DNA of 64,000 nt from assembly GCF_964355755.1 (NCBI RefSeq), contig NC_092674.1:16740001-16804000 (forward strand). The letters run 5' to 3'. This document shows positions 36,406-51,400 of this stretch, piece by piece. The notes under the pieces are model-generated. The model was not told the origin of the DNA and did not search any database. It was given only the letters and a program-made list of their open reading frames with translations. Every line of letters begins with the position of its first letter. Position 1 is the first letter of the stretch. The stretch comes from Antedon mediterranea (taxonomy: Eukaryota > Animalia > Echinodermata). A program made the position numbers and the translations under genes.

Positions 36406-37313
36406 GTAAAAGCTGGAGCCTAACATTGTTGGTGAGGAAACTAAAGAATTAACAGCAGCTACTCTAAAGTCTATCGCACTTAATTATATAGAAAGGAAAG
36501 GACCATCCCCACCAAAAGCCTTAACAAGAGCGCTTGGCCAATTAAAGAAGAGAGATGATATAATCATCAGAAAGCCAGACAAAGGATCAGGAGTAGTAGT
36601 CATGGATAGAAGTGAGTATGAACATTTATTATGTGAAGCATCAGTCAACAATGTTTCCAAATTTGTACCAATCTCTACTGTTCACGGTTCAACGATAATT
36701 ATGGACTAAACTCATCTGGATATTTCAGACGCTTAAAAATCTTCCTTAAAATTTCACATTCATCATTAAAAAGCTGGTGGGTCGACGATAGTTTGTAAGC
36801 CCGATTTAACATAGTTATACAAAGTGACCTTTTATACTTGTTGTCAACGTGACTATTGTAGTGTAGCAATAAGCCTGTGTCTGTTGGCTTTCTATAAACC
36901 CGTGTGTGCAATTTTTCCAAATCTTTGGTTATCAGCATTCCTAGGAAAGGGATTGAATTGTTCACGGCAGTTTCCATTGTGAACGCTATCGCAGGATGGG
37001 TTGTGTTAAGTAAAGCTAAAAATTCATTGGCTGCTTCTAGATTTGGCATGAATACTAGTGTGTCATCAACATACCGTTTGTAGTATTTGGGCATGTGGTT
37101 CGTAGATTCAAGGCGTTCCTCGATGTGGCACATAAATACATTTGCCATAAGGGGCCCTAGAGGTGATCCCATTGCAACTCTATCAACCTGTTCATACAAG
37201 TTACCATTAAATTGGAATAGCTGATCTTTCGTTGCTATATTGAGGAGTACAATTAAATCGTCCTTATCTAAGTTTAGTCCATAATTATCGTTGAACCAGA
37301 TGTTCAGCAATAA

Positions 37314-38974
<1,661 letters not shown>

Positions 38975-39399
38975 TTGAATTGTTTCGGTTAAAGGAACAT
39001 TTGTGAATAAGGACGAGACATCATATGATACCAAAATATCACTAGCATTTATAACGGTGGAGCGTATATCAAAATACATCATCTATTGTATATGCATTCT
39101 GGGATAGCGGTTTCAACTTCTCATCCAGCCACTGAGCTAATTTATAATTGTAGGTACCTGTTGCTGACAAGATTGGTCTCATAGATAACTTTTCTTTGTG
39201 TGTTTTAGGCAATCCATACAAATGAGCTAACCTTGATCCGGTTTGACAAATTGATTTACCAATTTCTTTTGGAAGAATTTTATGAACCGTTGAAATTTTT
39301 TTCAAGTAAATAATTGTTTGGTTTATTTATTCTTTCTTTTGACAGTAATGCTTTCCAAAATGGTCCAGTTACAAGTTTAAAAGTAAATAAAAATTATAA

Positions 39400-39720
39400 C
39401 ATATAAAAATACATAGTAGGCCTAATTTAAAAGATATATACAGTACAGTTTTAATAAAAAAAAAATGTAGGATCACCACTTAGATGACATTAGATTTGCT
39501 ATATTTTTGAGTATAAATATTTTTCCCAGTTACTTTTGTTCTACTTTCAGTTGGTAAAAGATTCCATTCTTTTGTTGCTCTGTATTTGAAGGTTCTTTTA
39601 CCTGGAGCATTTTTCCAATTTGGTGTTATTAATCTTTTACAACTTTGGCTACGGGTGCATTTGGGGTGGAGGGAGTCATTAAACTTAAACATTGAGGATA
39701 AATATGATGGTGAATGTTTT
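39400..39720 (-). mobile_element. LINE 3' fragment (CR1/L2 group)
   Basis: ORF 39480-39692: TRSQ...GKRTFKYRATKEWNLLP. Confidence 0.6.
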
Positions 39721-40352
39721 AAAAAAAAAAACTAATTACAAAAAAATAGCATAACAATAACAACATATAAACGTGTTATATATGCATGTTGTAACGACGC
39801 CTTTGGTGTGCCATAATTGTTTTCTCTCTTCTGAATAAATGTTGAGTTGTACACGCTGTGTTTAGAGCCCTTACTTTACATATATAATTTACTATATACA
39901 ACAAAACGCACGAAACTTTTTTGGCCCGACGTATTTAGCAATTATTTTACTCCCATTTGTTATGTACTTTATTAATTTAAAATGCGTGGTTCCTCATTTT
40001 CAAATGACGTTAGGAAGTTCAATAATAATATTATTATTAATAATAATAATAATAATATAGGCTAGGTCTATTATTAGGGAGTCCGAGAGGCACGCGTTCC
40101 AGAGCAGTATTTTGCTTGCCACGATTCAACTACGATACGTTACTATGCGCGCGATTTCTTTGACGTGCTATTTTTCTTCACTAGGCCAGGTAAACAATTT
40201 TTGATTATCAATTACTCTGAGAATAAATATGCTATGAAAAAATGGCTTTGGTGTCTAATTATTTACTTATTAATCTAAAAGATCACATAATAAGTTTGAT
40301 TAACTATATCATATGAATAATACAGTTAACGACACAACCACACAAGCCCGTA

Positions 40353-42710
40353 GGGTGTCACGAAACCTAAGACCATGAAAGCTAAGACCCCCTAAGACCT
40401 AAGATCACGAAAGCTAAGACCCAAGATCTAAGATTACAAATTCTAAGATATACTGCAGCTTAAAAACAATACTTGTTTATCCGGGTGTCACGAAACCTAA
40501 GACCACGAAAGCTAAGGACCCCCTAAGACCTAAGATCACGAAAGCTAAGACCCAAGACCTAAGATTACAAATTCTAAGATATACTACAGCTTAAAAACAA
40601 TACTTGTTTATCCATACATAATTTTAAACACAGTAGGTTTCATTTATTACCATAAATATAATTTAATACTACCGCAAAACACAGATAAACTCACATTATT
40701 TTCGCCCGTTGAGTAAATGTATATTTTTTCTTTACAACAAACAAATTTGACGGGTTGTTTGTTGGTATATATTACTCCAATGTGTTGGTTCAGAGGATGT
40801 TTTTCTTACGCACCTGCCTTTCTTGTATTTTGACTCCAAATTTGTTGACTAACTTTATCCTGAATACCACACTTTAAAATTTGGACTTATAAGTACTTTC
40901 AGAAGGAGAAACACATAATAACAAATAAATAAATCCTTTCCCATCCTGATTTTAAAGACGTGTTTCTTTGTATACTGTAATGTAACTCCTCGAGCTCCCC
41001 ATGCTCAATGTTTTTGTTTCTATGGAGCGCCAAAAGAGCAACAGAAAGAAAACGAAACAAAAAAACTTATCATAATTTTTAAGTTAAAATTTATTTGCCA
41101 GCATTTATTTCTTCGTACTTGCATGATTATACTATTATCATTACAATTTAAATTTTACATTGTTCTATCCACACTGTAGATGGACTCCACAGAGTTTTCA
41201 GCCCTCTATATAATGTTTGCTCTTTTGACGTTCCATAGAAACAAAAACATTGAACATGGGGTAGGCTAGTCATTTTGTGTGCGAGAAAAACGTCTGTAAA
41301 ATCATCAATTTAAAAATGTATTTGTTACTTTTTATGTGATTCGTTTTCATGAAAGTGCCAATTCTAAGGTGTGGTATTCAGAATAATGTTGGGAGTTAAA
41401 ATACAAGGCAGGTGCGAAAGATAAATATTTGTAATCTTAGATCTTGGGTCTTAGCTTTCGTGGTCTTAGGTTTCGTGACACCATTGTTTATCCATACATA
41501 ATTTTAAACACAGTAGGTTTCATTTATTACCATAAATATAATTAAATAATACCGCAAAACATAGATAAACTCACATTATTTTCGCCCGTTGAGTAAATGT
41601 CTATTTTTTTCTTTACAACAAACAAACTTGACGGGTTGTTTGTTGGTATATATTTACTCCATTGTGTTGGTTCAGAGGATGTTTTTCTTACGCACATGCC
41701 TTTCTTGTATGACTCCAAATTTGTTGACTAACTTTATCCTGAATACCACACTTTAAAATTAGGATTTATAGGTACTTTCAGGAGAAACACACAAAAACAA
41801 ATAAATAAATCCTTTAAATTGATGATTTTACCTCTGATTTTACAGACATGTTTCTTTGTATACTGTAACTCCTCGAGCTCCCCCCACACACATGCTCAAT
41901 GTTTTTGTTTTTATGGAGCGCCAAAAGAGCAACAATAATAGTACAAGTATAAAAACAGAAAGAAAACGAAACAAATCATGATTTTTAAATTAAAATTTAT
42001 TTGCCAGTATTTATTTCTTCGTACTTGCATGATTATACTATTATCATTACAATTTTAATTTTACATTGTTCCATCCACACTGTATATGGACTCCACAGAG
42101 TTTTCAGCCCTCTATATAATTTTTGCTCTTTTGACGTTCCATAGAAACAAAAACATTGAACATGGGTTAGGCCTACTGCTACTGTACTGTAGGCTAGTCA
42201 TGCGAAATTCGCAAACAGTTTGTGTGCGAGAAAAACGTCTGTAAAATCATCAATTTAAAAATAAATAAATTTGTTATAATACATATACATAATACATTGT
42301 TGTAATTGGTCAATTTTGAACCTTGACCCCTTATATCTCGAACGCTTCCTATCCTGATCGATTACCTTCCATATTCGTAATCTACGGAAAATTCTGGTCC
42401 AGAAAAGTTGGATGGCAATTTGTCCCCTTTCGGGTGGTGATATCCCCCCTCCTGCCACCGGACTATGTGTTTCACCAATAAATGCATGAGAAATTGACGC
42501 ATTCCACTGAGTTTTAGTCCTCTATTATCGTTGCTCTTTTGGCGCTCCATAGAAACAAAAATATTGAACATTGAATAAGTGAAATTCGCGAAGTGTGCGA
42601 GAAACACGCCTTTTTATGTGATTCTTGCATTAAAGTACTCATGAGGTATACTTCTAAGGTGTGGTATTCACACGATAAAGTTATTTATCAAATTTGGAGT
42701 AAAAATACAA
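40353..42710 (+). mobile_element. MULE-like MITE copy 1 (right end lost), containing copy 2 at 40483-41483
   Basis: GGGTGTCACGAAACCTAAGACC terminus; inner copy flanked by 10-bp TSD TTGTTTATCC. Confidence 0.75.
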
Positions 42711-42753
42711 GCGAAGGAAACTAGCGCCAGGTTTATTAGTACGTACATGGACA

Positions 42754-43829
42754 GGGTGTCACGAAACCTAAGACCACGAAAGCTAAAACCCCCTAAGACC
42801 TAAGATCACGAAAGCTAAGACCCAAGACCTAAGATTGCAAATTCTAAGATATACTACAGCTTAAAAACAATACTTGTTTATCCATACATAATTTTAAACA
42901 TAGTAGATTTCATTTATTACCATAAATATAATTAAATACTACCGCAAAACATAGATAAACTCACATTATTTTCGCCCGTTGAGTAAATGTATATTTTTCC
43001 TTTACAACAAACAAACTTGACTGGTTGTTTGTTGGTATATATTTACTCCATTGTGTTGGTTCAGAGGATGTTTTTCTTTCGCACCTGCCTTTCTTGTATT
43101 TTGACTCCAAATTTGTTAACTGACTTTATTCTGAATATCACACTTTAAAATTAGGACTTATATAAGTACTTTCAGAAGGAGAAACACATAAAAACAAATA
43201 AATAAATCCTTTAAATTGATGTTTTTACAGACGTGTTTCTTTGTATACTGTAACTCCTCATGCTCAATGTTTTTGTTTCTATGAAGCGCCAAAAGAGCAA
43301 CAATAATAGTACAAGTATAAAAACAGAAAGAAAACGAAACAAAAAAACTTATTATCATGATTTTTAAATTAAAATTTATTTGCGAGTATTTATTTCTTCG
43401 TACTAGCATGATTATACTATTATTATTACAATTTTAATTTCACATTGTTCCATCCACACTGTAGATGGACTCCACAGAGTTTTCAGCCCTCTATATAATT
43501 TTTGCTCTATTGACGTTCCATAGAAACAAAAACATTGAACATGATGTAGGCCTAACTGTAGTGTAGGCCATGCGAAATTCGCAAACAGTATGTGTGCGAG
43601 AAAAACGTCTGTAAAATCATCAATTTGAAAATTTATTTGTTACTTTTTATGTGATTCTTTTTCATAAAGTGCTAATTCTAAGGTGTGGTATTCAGAATAA
43701 ATGTTGGGAGTTAAAATACAAGGCAGGTGCGAAAGATAAATATTTGTAATCTAGGTCTTGGGTCTTAGCTTTCGTGATCTTAGGTCTTAGGGGGTCTTAG
43801 CTTTCGTGGTCTTAGGTTTCGTGACACCC
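42754..43829 (+). mobile_element. MULE-like MITE copy 3
   Basis: TIRs GGGTGTCACG...CGTGACACCC; 10-bp TSD TACATGGACA. Confidence 0.85.
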
Positions 43830-44034
43830 TACATGGACAACAATAAATAAAAATCGTTCGTAATATACCTAGCTTACTAAAACAGGAATAGTGTATCATT
43901 ATTAAATATTACACCAATTATTATTATATCAAAATTGATTAAATTATTTTCTACATAGGCCTCTTATCTAGGTTAGGGCTAATCATATTAGCTAAAGTTT
44001 AATTTTAGGCCTAGTATTACAATTGTCGGACGTA

Positions 44035-45905
44035 GGGTGTCACGAAAGCTCAGACCACGAAAGCTCAGACCCCCTAAGACCTAAGATCACGAAAGCTAAG
44101 ACCCAACACCTAAGATTACAAATATTTATCTTTCGCACCTGCCTTGTATTTTAACTCCCAACATTTATTCTGAATACCACAACTTAGAATTGGCACTTTC
44201 ATGAAAAAGAATCACATAAAAAGTAACAAATACATTTTTAAATTGATGATTTTACAGACGTTTTTCTCACACACAAAATGACTAGCCTACAGTACAGTAG
44301 GCCTACCCCATAGGCCATGTTCAATGTTTTTGTTTCTATGGAACGTCAAAAGAGCAAAAATTATATAGAGGGCTGAAAACTCTGTGGAGTCCATCTACAG
44401 TGTGGATGGAACAATGTAAAATTAAAATTGTAATGATAATAGTATAATCATGCAAGTACGAAGAAATAAATACTGGCAAATAAATTTTAATTTAAAAATC
44501 TTGATACGTTTTTTTGTTTCGTTTTCTTTCTGTTTTTATACTTGTTCTATTACTGTTGCTCTTTTGTCGCTCCATAGAAACAAAAACATTGTCATTACAG
44601 TATACAAAGAAACACATCTGTAAAATCATCAATTTAAAGGATTTATTTATTTGTTATTATGTGTTTCTCCTTCTGAAAGTACTTATAAGTCCTAATTTTA
44701 AAGTGTGGTGTTCAGGATAAAGTTAGTCAACAAATTTGGAGTCAAAATACAAGAAAGGCAGGTGCGTAAGAAAAACATCCTCTGAACCAACACAATGGAG
44801 TAAATATATACCAACAAACAACCCGTCAAGTTTGTTTGTTGTAAAGAAAAAATATATGTTATGCGCGATTTGAACGATTTGCGCAATTTGAAATTGCGCA
44901 AAAAAATCCTTGCGCAATTTGAAATTGTGCAAAGAATTCTTGCGCAATTTAAAATTGCGCAAGGATTTTTTTGCGCAATTTCAAATTGCGCAATCAACTT
45001 GCGCAATTTCAAATTGCGCAAGAAAATCTTTGCGCAATTTTAAATTGCGCTGCACAATTTGTAAATTGCGCAAGATAGTTCTTGCGCAATATGACACCTT
45101 TGCGCAATTTGAAAACGAACTGTAAATTTTCCCATACATGGCTAGGCTAGGCCTAGGCAGAGGAGTTTAAAATTTAGTATTTTATTATATAAATAAGACC
45201 ATTTCAATGAAGATAATGTTTAATACTCACTTTTTAAGTTTTTAATATTAGTTTAAGCTAGGCCATGTAACCTAGTCAGTATCAGTAGTCCAGACCCTAG
45301 CTAGGCTAGAGTAGGCCTAGTGTAGCCGGCCGCCCGCGCCGCGCCCGCCTGGTGGAACACCACCGCTTCGTTTTCCTTCGTCGGTTCTTCGACGGTATGC
45401 TAACTTATAACAATATTTGCACTACTAAAATAAGGAAATGCGATATTTATCTTTAATTTTGAATCATTCTTAGAAATTAAATACTATAAAAATATGGGTG
45501 TGCATGATTTCACAATCTGTCGAAAAACCTTGCGCAATTTGCAGATTACTTGCGCAATTTAATACGTTGCTTGCGCAATTTGAAACACATGTTTCAATTC
45601 AAATTGCGCAAGGATTTTTTTTGCGCAATTTCAAATTGCGCAAATCGTTCAAATCGCGCATAACATATACATTTACTCAACGGGCGAAAATAATGTGAGT
45701 TTATCTATGTTTTGCGGTAGTATTAAATTATATTTATGGTAATAAATGAAACCTACTGTGTTTAAAATTATGTATGGATAAACAAGTATTGTTTTTAAGC
45801 TGTAGTATATCTTAGTATTTGTAATCTTAGGTGTTGGGTCTTAGCTTTCGTGATCTTAGGTCTTAGGGGGTCTGAGCTTTCGTGGTCTGAGCTTTCGTGA
45901 CACCC
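44035..45905 (-). mobile_element. MULE-like MITE copy 4, inverted, with a nested element
   Basis: TIRs; 10-bp TSD GTCGGACGTA. Confidence 0.85.
44857..45665. mobile_element. Ginger-like MITE with arrays of TTGCGCAA palindromes
   Basis: TGT...ACA termini, long TIR TGTTATGCGCGATTTGAACGATTTGCGC, 4-bp TSD TATA; sister MITE copies lack the insert. Confidence 0.7.
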
Positions 45906-46664
45906 GTCGGACGTAAGTCTTTTTTCACACGCGCTCCAGAATTCTCTCGCAATTTTTTTTCTTTGCGGCATGTTATTTGATCGGCATATCAGTTACCTTT
46001 TATTCACCGCCAGTTATTGAACTTGTCCTGGCAATCGCTGTTCACCTTATTTGCGAGAGAGGTACACGTGTTGATTTCCTAGAGAATGGAATGTCAAAAA
46101 TGTCTTTGGCTCAGAGAGAAGTCTGTGCGTTGCTGCTGAAACCACGTGCGTGCTATAGGAGGGGAATGCACCACAAGGCTGAATCCTCTGAGCTGAGGGC
46201 AGAATCATTCCGCTACCTGCTAAATAGTAAAGAGGGATTTTCCGGATCGAGGCGCAGGGGTGTGACAAAATATTATTTTCACTCTGTTATGTTCGAGAGA
46301 CATGTTAAATTAATTGTAAAGTGAACACGCTCGAAATGCCAACAAACATGGCAGTCATTTGATGAGTGTGTCGCTATAACAATTATTGTTTATCGAAAGT
46401 TGAAGACTGTCGTTCAGATTTTTTAACCGTAGTTTGGGCACTTTTGTAAAAGTAAAATTGGACACGATATGACTTGAATGAAAAAACAATCGTTACATAA
46501 AAATAAACAACATGATGAGTGTATACACGAATCTATTTAGATACGCTTGTATCGATTGATTATTAGGCCTATAATATAGCATAATAGCACGTTAAGATAT
46601 GCCTCGCACCTTTTTGAAATGGTAAAGTTCATATTTTTTTTGTAATTATTAATACAAACATTAA

Positions 46665-47181
46665 GAAGCAACTGTCAGTAATAAATATATCTAACAGTAC
46701 CCACACTCACAGTAAGAAATTTGCGTTATACCAAATATTTATACCGGGAGACTGAAAGATTGGATTGTTCCATTTATCGCCAATCAATACGTTTGTATAA
46801 ATGTATACTAAAAATAGTATTTGGTCGGTCTTCAACATTATGATGTTTATGCTGTTTGACCGGTTTTCAGCTATTAAAAACAATTATCGTAGAAGGAGAT
46901 AGGTAAATGCGAAGCATCCTCGTATTATAGTTTGCAGGTATATTTCAAGATGAACATCTATTAGACAGTGTATACCATGATTGGAAAACAACCCTCTTTG
47001 GGGCAAATGGTTGAACCTAAATTCGTTTTAATTGTCAATAACTAATTATCTAACTCAATTTAATTAGTAAACAGGGTACAGGTGGTTAAAACAGTACTGA
47101 AAGTACGCCTAAACCATTGAGTAAAAATTGTAGTAACGCATGATTTACCGAATTTTTCCCTTGCGTAAATTTGTATATAGA
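46665..47181 (-). mobile_element. Helitron family B, 5' fragment
   Basis: reverse-complement homology to 19874-20810. Confidence 0.7.
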
Positions 47182-48284
47182 TGATACGACAAACTTATTA
47201 TTGGTAACAATGTATTTCAATGAAGATAAGATAGTGCAACTAATGAAACATAAATAATGGCCCAGAAACTTATAGTAACAGGAATGATCTTAATAAAGTT
47301 AATGATATGCAAAATCCCACTAGTTTAAAAAGAAATAGTTCCCCATGGAAAGGTTTGCATAATCATTATCTTGTGGTTCTGTGACTCTGGGGATATTGTC
47401 ATTTTCAGACTGATCATGTCTTACTTGTCAAATGCCTGTTTCAGCAGTACATTGATAGCTTGTGTGTCCGGAGTTTAAACAGGATCTAATAGCATTTGGC
47501 ATTCAAATTATAAATGAACTTCTTCCAAGCAATTTGTGCATTTAAAAAAAATCTGGCTTTAAAGAAACCAACTTTAATATTCATCGGAATGGCAGTCAAA
47601 TGTTTTTGTACAAAAATGATTATATTTAAAAGGTCTGTCTGCTGGAGCTTTCTCAAAGCTAACAAAAGAAAATGATATTGATATAACACAAAAACAAAAT
47701 TGAATGAAAAACATTTTTATTAGCAGTATTTCAATAATAATCACAGCAACAGACACTCGTTCTTATTTAACCATTTTTTATGACAATAAAACAGCAAATC
47801 TTTTAGTAAAGGTTTGTTGCAATTCAACACATTTAACAAGTAATTTGGACTAAATTCAAACACAAATTTTACAAATGTGTAACCTCGATTGGTTAGTTAT
47901 TGTAACCAGCAACTGATAATCTAACTATAAAAGGGAATTAGGTTGGAGAAACTTGATAATATTATATGTATAACTCATGAAATTATAATATACCAGAGAG
48001 AAACAAAAGCATGGCTTTAGATGTTCAAGATCATGAAAAATCAGGTAAAACATTAACTTTTAGAAAAAACGTGTAGGCTTATAAAAAATAATTATGAGAC
48101 AGCTATATTTCATCGATCATGATGCATATTTTTAATTATTGCATACTTCATAAAACAAAAAATTGTATTATTTTAACAATAAAATAACCACAACATAAAC
48201 TTATATATATATATATATATATATAAATAATGTTATATTAACAGAAAATAATATGTTAATTGTGTGAATGTCTGGTTGTAAGTA

Positions 48285-48439
48285 CTAGTAGTCTAAACTC
48301 ATCAATATAGCTGTACCTCTTTTGGTCCAATGGTCTGGTGGCATACTGCCTGTTTTTAAATCAACACCAACAATAAAAGATGCTCTTCCTGATGAGCCAG
48401 CACGGTTGGGGTAGTAATAACATGGACAAGAATAAATTC
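48285..48439 (-). CDS. DNAH2: DNAH2 terminal coding exon
   Basis: GIYSCPCYYYPNR...MSLDY* with TAG stop. Confidence 0.93.
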
Positions 48440-51400
48440 CTAACAAAAAAACCAACAAAATAAAATTAATGACTAATTTATTATATACTGTACTAAAAAT
48501 AGATGCTATCATCTATTTAGTGGTTTCAGACAAGTAATAATAATGTGTACACACAGAAATGTCTTGTAATTACCTTTTCCAGATTTCTTTTTGTTTTCTA
48601 CTGGTTTGAAGTGAATAGTTGGTAAAGGACAAACTAGTTGCATTGGGTTAGCATCCACAAGCACTGAATTCTTCTTATCCCAACCAGCACCTTCCAGATA
48701 CAGACCTTTAATCCATACTCCATCTTTTGGTGGTTGCATAATATTGTTGTCATCAACAGTTGACACAATAAATTCCCAGGAAAGAGAATCAACAGAGACC
48801 TAATAATATGATTTTTAAAAAAGGATAAGAAGCAGATATTAAATAAATTGTGAGTAATGATATACTCATGTCCAATTACTCTGCCCTCAACCTTTTCTTG
48901 GACAAAAGAATAATTATTGTAATTCAAACTTACATTGTTTTGACGTGCTGATGTTTGCAGGACAGCTGTTAAAAAACCAGTTGGAAAAGTAAAACCAGAC
49001 ATCCAAAATATGACTGGGGGATGCGCTGTAGTAGCCCACTTCTCAAACTGCTCCACACGGCTTACTAGATCTCTAGTCCATGTACCTAATGGTTTTCTTG
49101 AAGGATATGCCTTCAAGTATAAGAAACAATTTATAAATTATTAATTTTAGCAAATCTAAAATTTTACCATAAAAAAAATGAATTTGCTAAACAGTTATTA
49201 AGATGCAGTCTCATAAATATGAAATGTTTAATACAATTTTCATATTTTATATATGTATATATATAATCCAAAGGCAAATTACTGAAAAATGGCAATGCTC
49301 TGGGTATCAGTGGCTGGATCTCAATGGAGATACAAAATAAAATGAGCAAAAAGCTAATTCAAAACAGTAAAACAGCTAGACAAATTTGCAGAGCTTTCAG
49401 CCCTTCATCATCATATATGTATTGAAGCATATTTTGTTAAAAAAACATTTTACGAATTGCACTTTGATTTTTACATATTGTGTTACAATTTGCAGCTCTA
49501 AACTGCACATGCGTATAAGCCCAGTATACTACTTTCTGTTCATTATTGGGATGGCATTTGGTCAATTTAAAGTTTTTGACATAATTTTGAAACTTAACAA
49601 TAAAAAATGGCTGATCAGCAGCGAATGCATATGTTTTTCATTTTTAGTTGATATAAACTTAACCAAAACATCATATTTTATGTATATTATGAAGCGTAAT
49701 TTACCAATCAAATTGCAAAAATACAATTAGGTGTATTATAAAAATATTATATTTGATACCTTTTGCCAAGTGGAAGGAACTCTTGCATCATAGATGCAAT
49801 TAAAGATTTCTTCTAAATCACTTGACATCACTACTAAACCTTTGATGCCTTTCTCTAAGTCAATCAGTGAAGAACGAATTGCTCTCAATAGTACATTGTA
49901 CCGTTGAATCTGAACAATAAAAATATGAAAAATTATAGTGTAATAAAAATATAAATCAGCATTGGTTTAAGACAGATAGAATACCAAGAATAACCCACAA
50001 ACATCTAGAAAACACATTTCTGAATTAGGCCATACACTGGGAGCAAAATTAAATAAAGTAGCCAAAGGCTAAATGTATTGCATTTAAATAACAAAATTGC
50101 AAATAAATGTATAAGTTTTAACAATTAGATTTGAATCAGACTTCAGCCCACCACACAGTCATTCACCAATATTCGCAGTCTTCCATTAATTCACTTTGTC
50201 AATGGAAAGCAACCCTTTATTGAAGGAGTGATACTGTATATTTGATGATTAGATTTTACCTCTTGCAGAAGAACAACATTGAGTGGAGAGGGATCATCTT
50301 TTAATATCTTTGCAGTTCCTTCATAGTCAATATCTTCAGGTATTTTCTCAAGTACATCTGCTGCAAGTTTCAGCACCTAAAACAAACAAGAGAAGATGAC
50401 ACGTGTTGCTATAATAAAATGATATGAAATTAAAAAATTGGAGCCCATTGTTTAAAATGTTTTCATTGTAACACTATTTTTGTGCAAATTTATTTATTAT
50501 TATTTATTATACATATTAAAAACAGATTACATACCTTACTCTCTCTACTCTCACCAGTTGACATAGATACCTGCGGTTGCAGTGATAGCAATGTACCAAA
50601 CAATGTACTGGTCTCTGTTATTTGACTAGCAATATCTGCATTTGGATGTTGACCAAATGCTTCAGGGTGGTCAATAGCTGGAAGCATACTAATGTATTCC
50701 TTAAAAAAGTAAAACTTTATATTTAGATCAACATTGCAAATGCACTCAATGAATACATTGTTTCTATTGGCATGAACACCAGAGAAAACATTACACCATC
50801 CCACAAAGAACCTCTTGAGTACTTACATCAAAAGGCTACTCAGTCAATGTTTCTGTTACCTGTGCTTGAATACGAGGTCTTATGAAGGAGGATATAATGA
50901 ATGGTCTCGGTATCCTGAAACACTAACATTCTCAGACTTCTTACTTTTGATTAGTTTCCATAACTTCTTTTTGGGCACAATTTTCCCATCAGATGATCTT
51001 TTCTCAGTAACTGTCTCTTCAACATAGGTCCAGTATTGACGTCTCAGTGAGTGTTGTAGCTCCCTTTTTAATGCCTTATACTTATTTTCCCAGATAGGGT
51101 CAGCAGTTTTCTATTACTTTTTATATAGTCTGTTCTTCCTCTTGGTCTTCTTATGTGTGTCAATTGATATCCAAGGAGCAAGGTGTTTGGCTCTTGATAA
51201 ATTTCTGTGGAATACAATTATTCACAGCCTCTTTATAGCCAGATGTAAACTCTTTCCAGATATCTTCAGGATTGCTTTCCTGTTTGTCATACTTGTTTAA
51301 TTGAAGTGCAAAAATAGTCCCAATCAGCCCTTGTGTACAGGAACAATAGTCGCTGTGGATGTTTGGTCCTTATGGCCTCTAGGAATACAATGTCATGGTC

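Noticed and set aside
44698-45125. Overlapping repetitive ORFs (RNFKLRK / AQFEIAQ)
   Set aside because: Translations of the TTGCGCAA palindrome array in a MITE.
49111-50702. AAG splice acceptors in two DNAH2 introns
   Set aside because: Less common but canonical AG acceptors; the reading frame is preserved.
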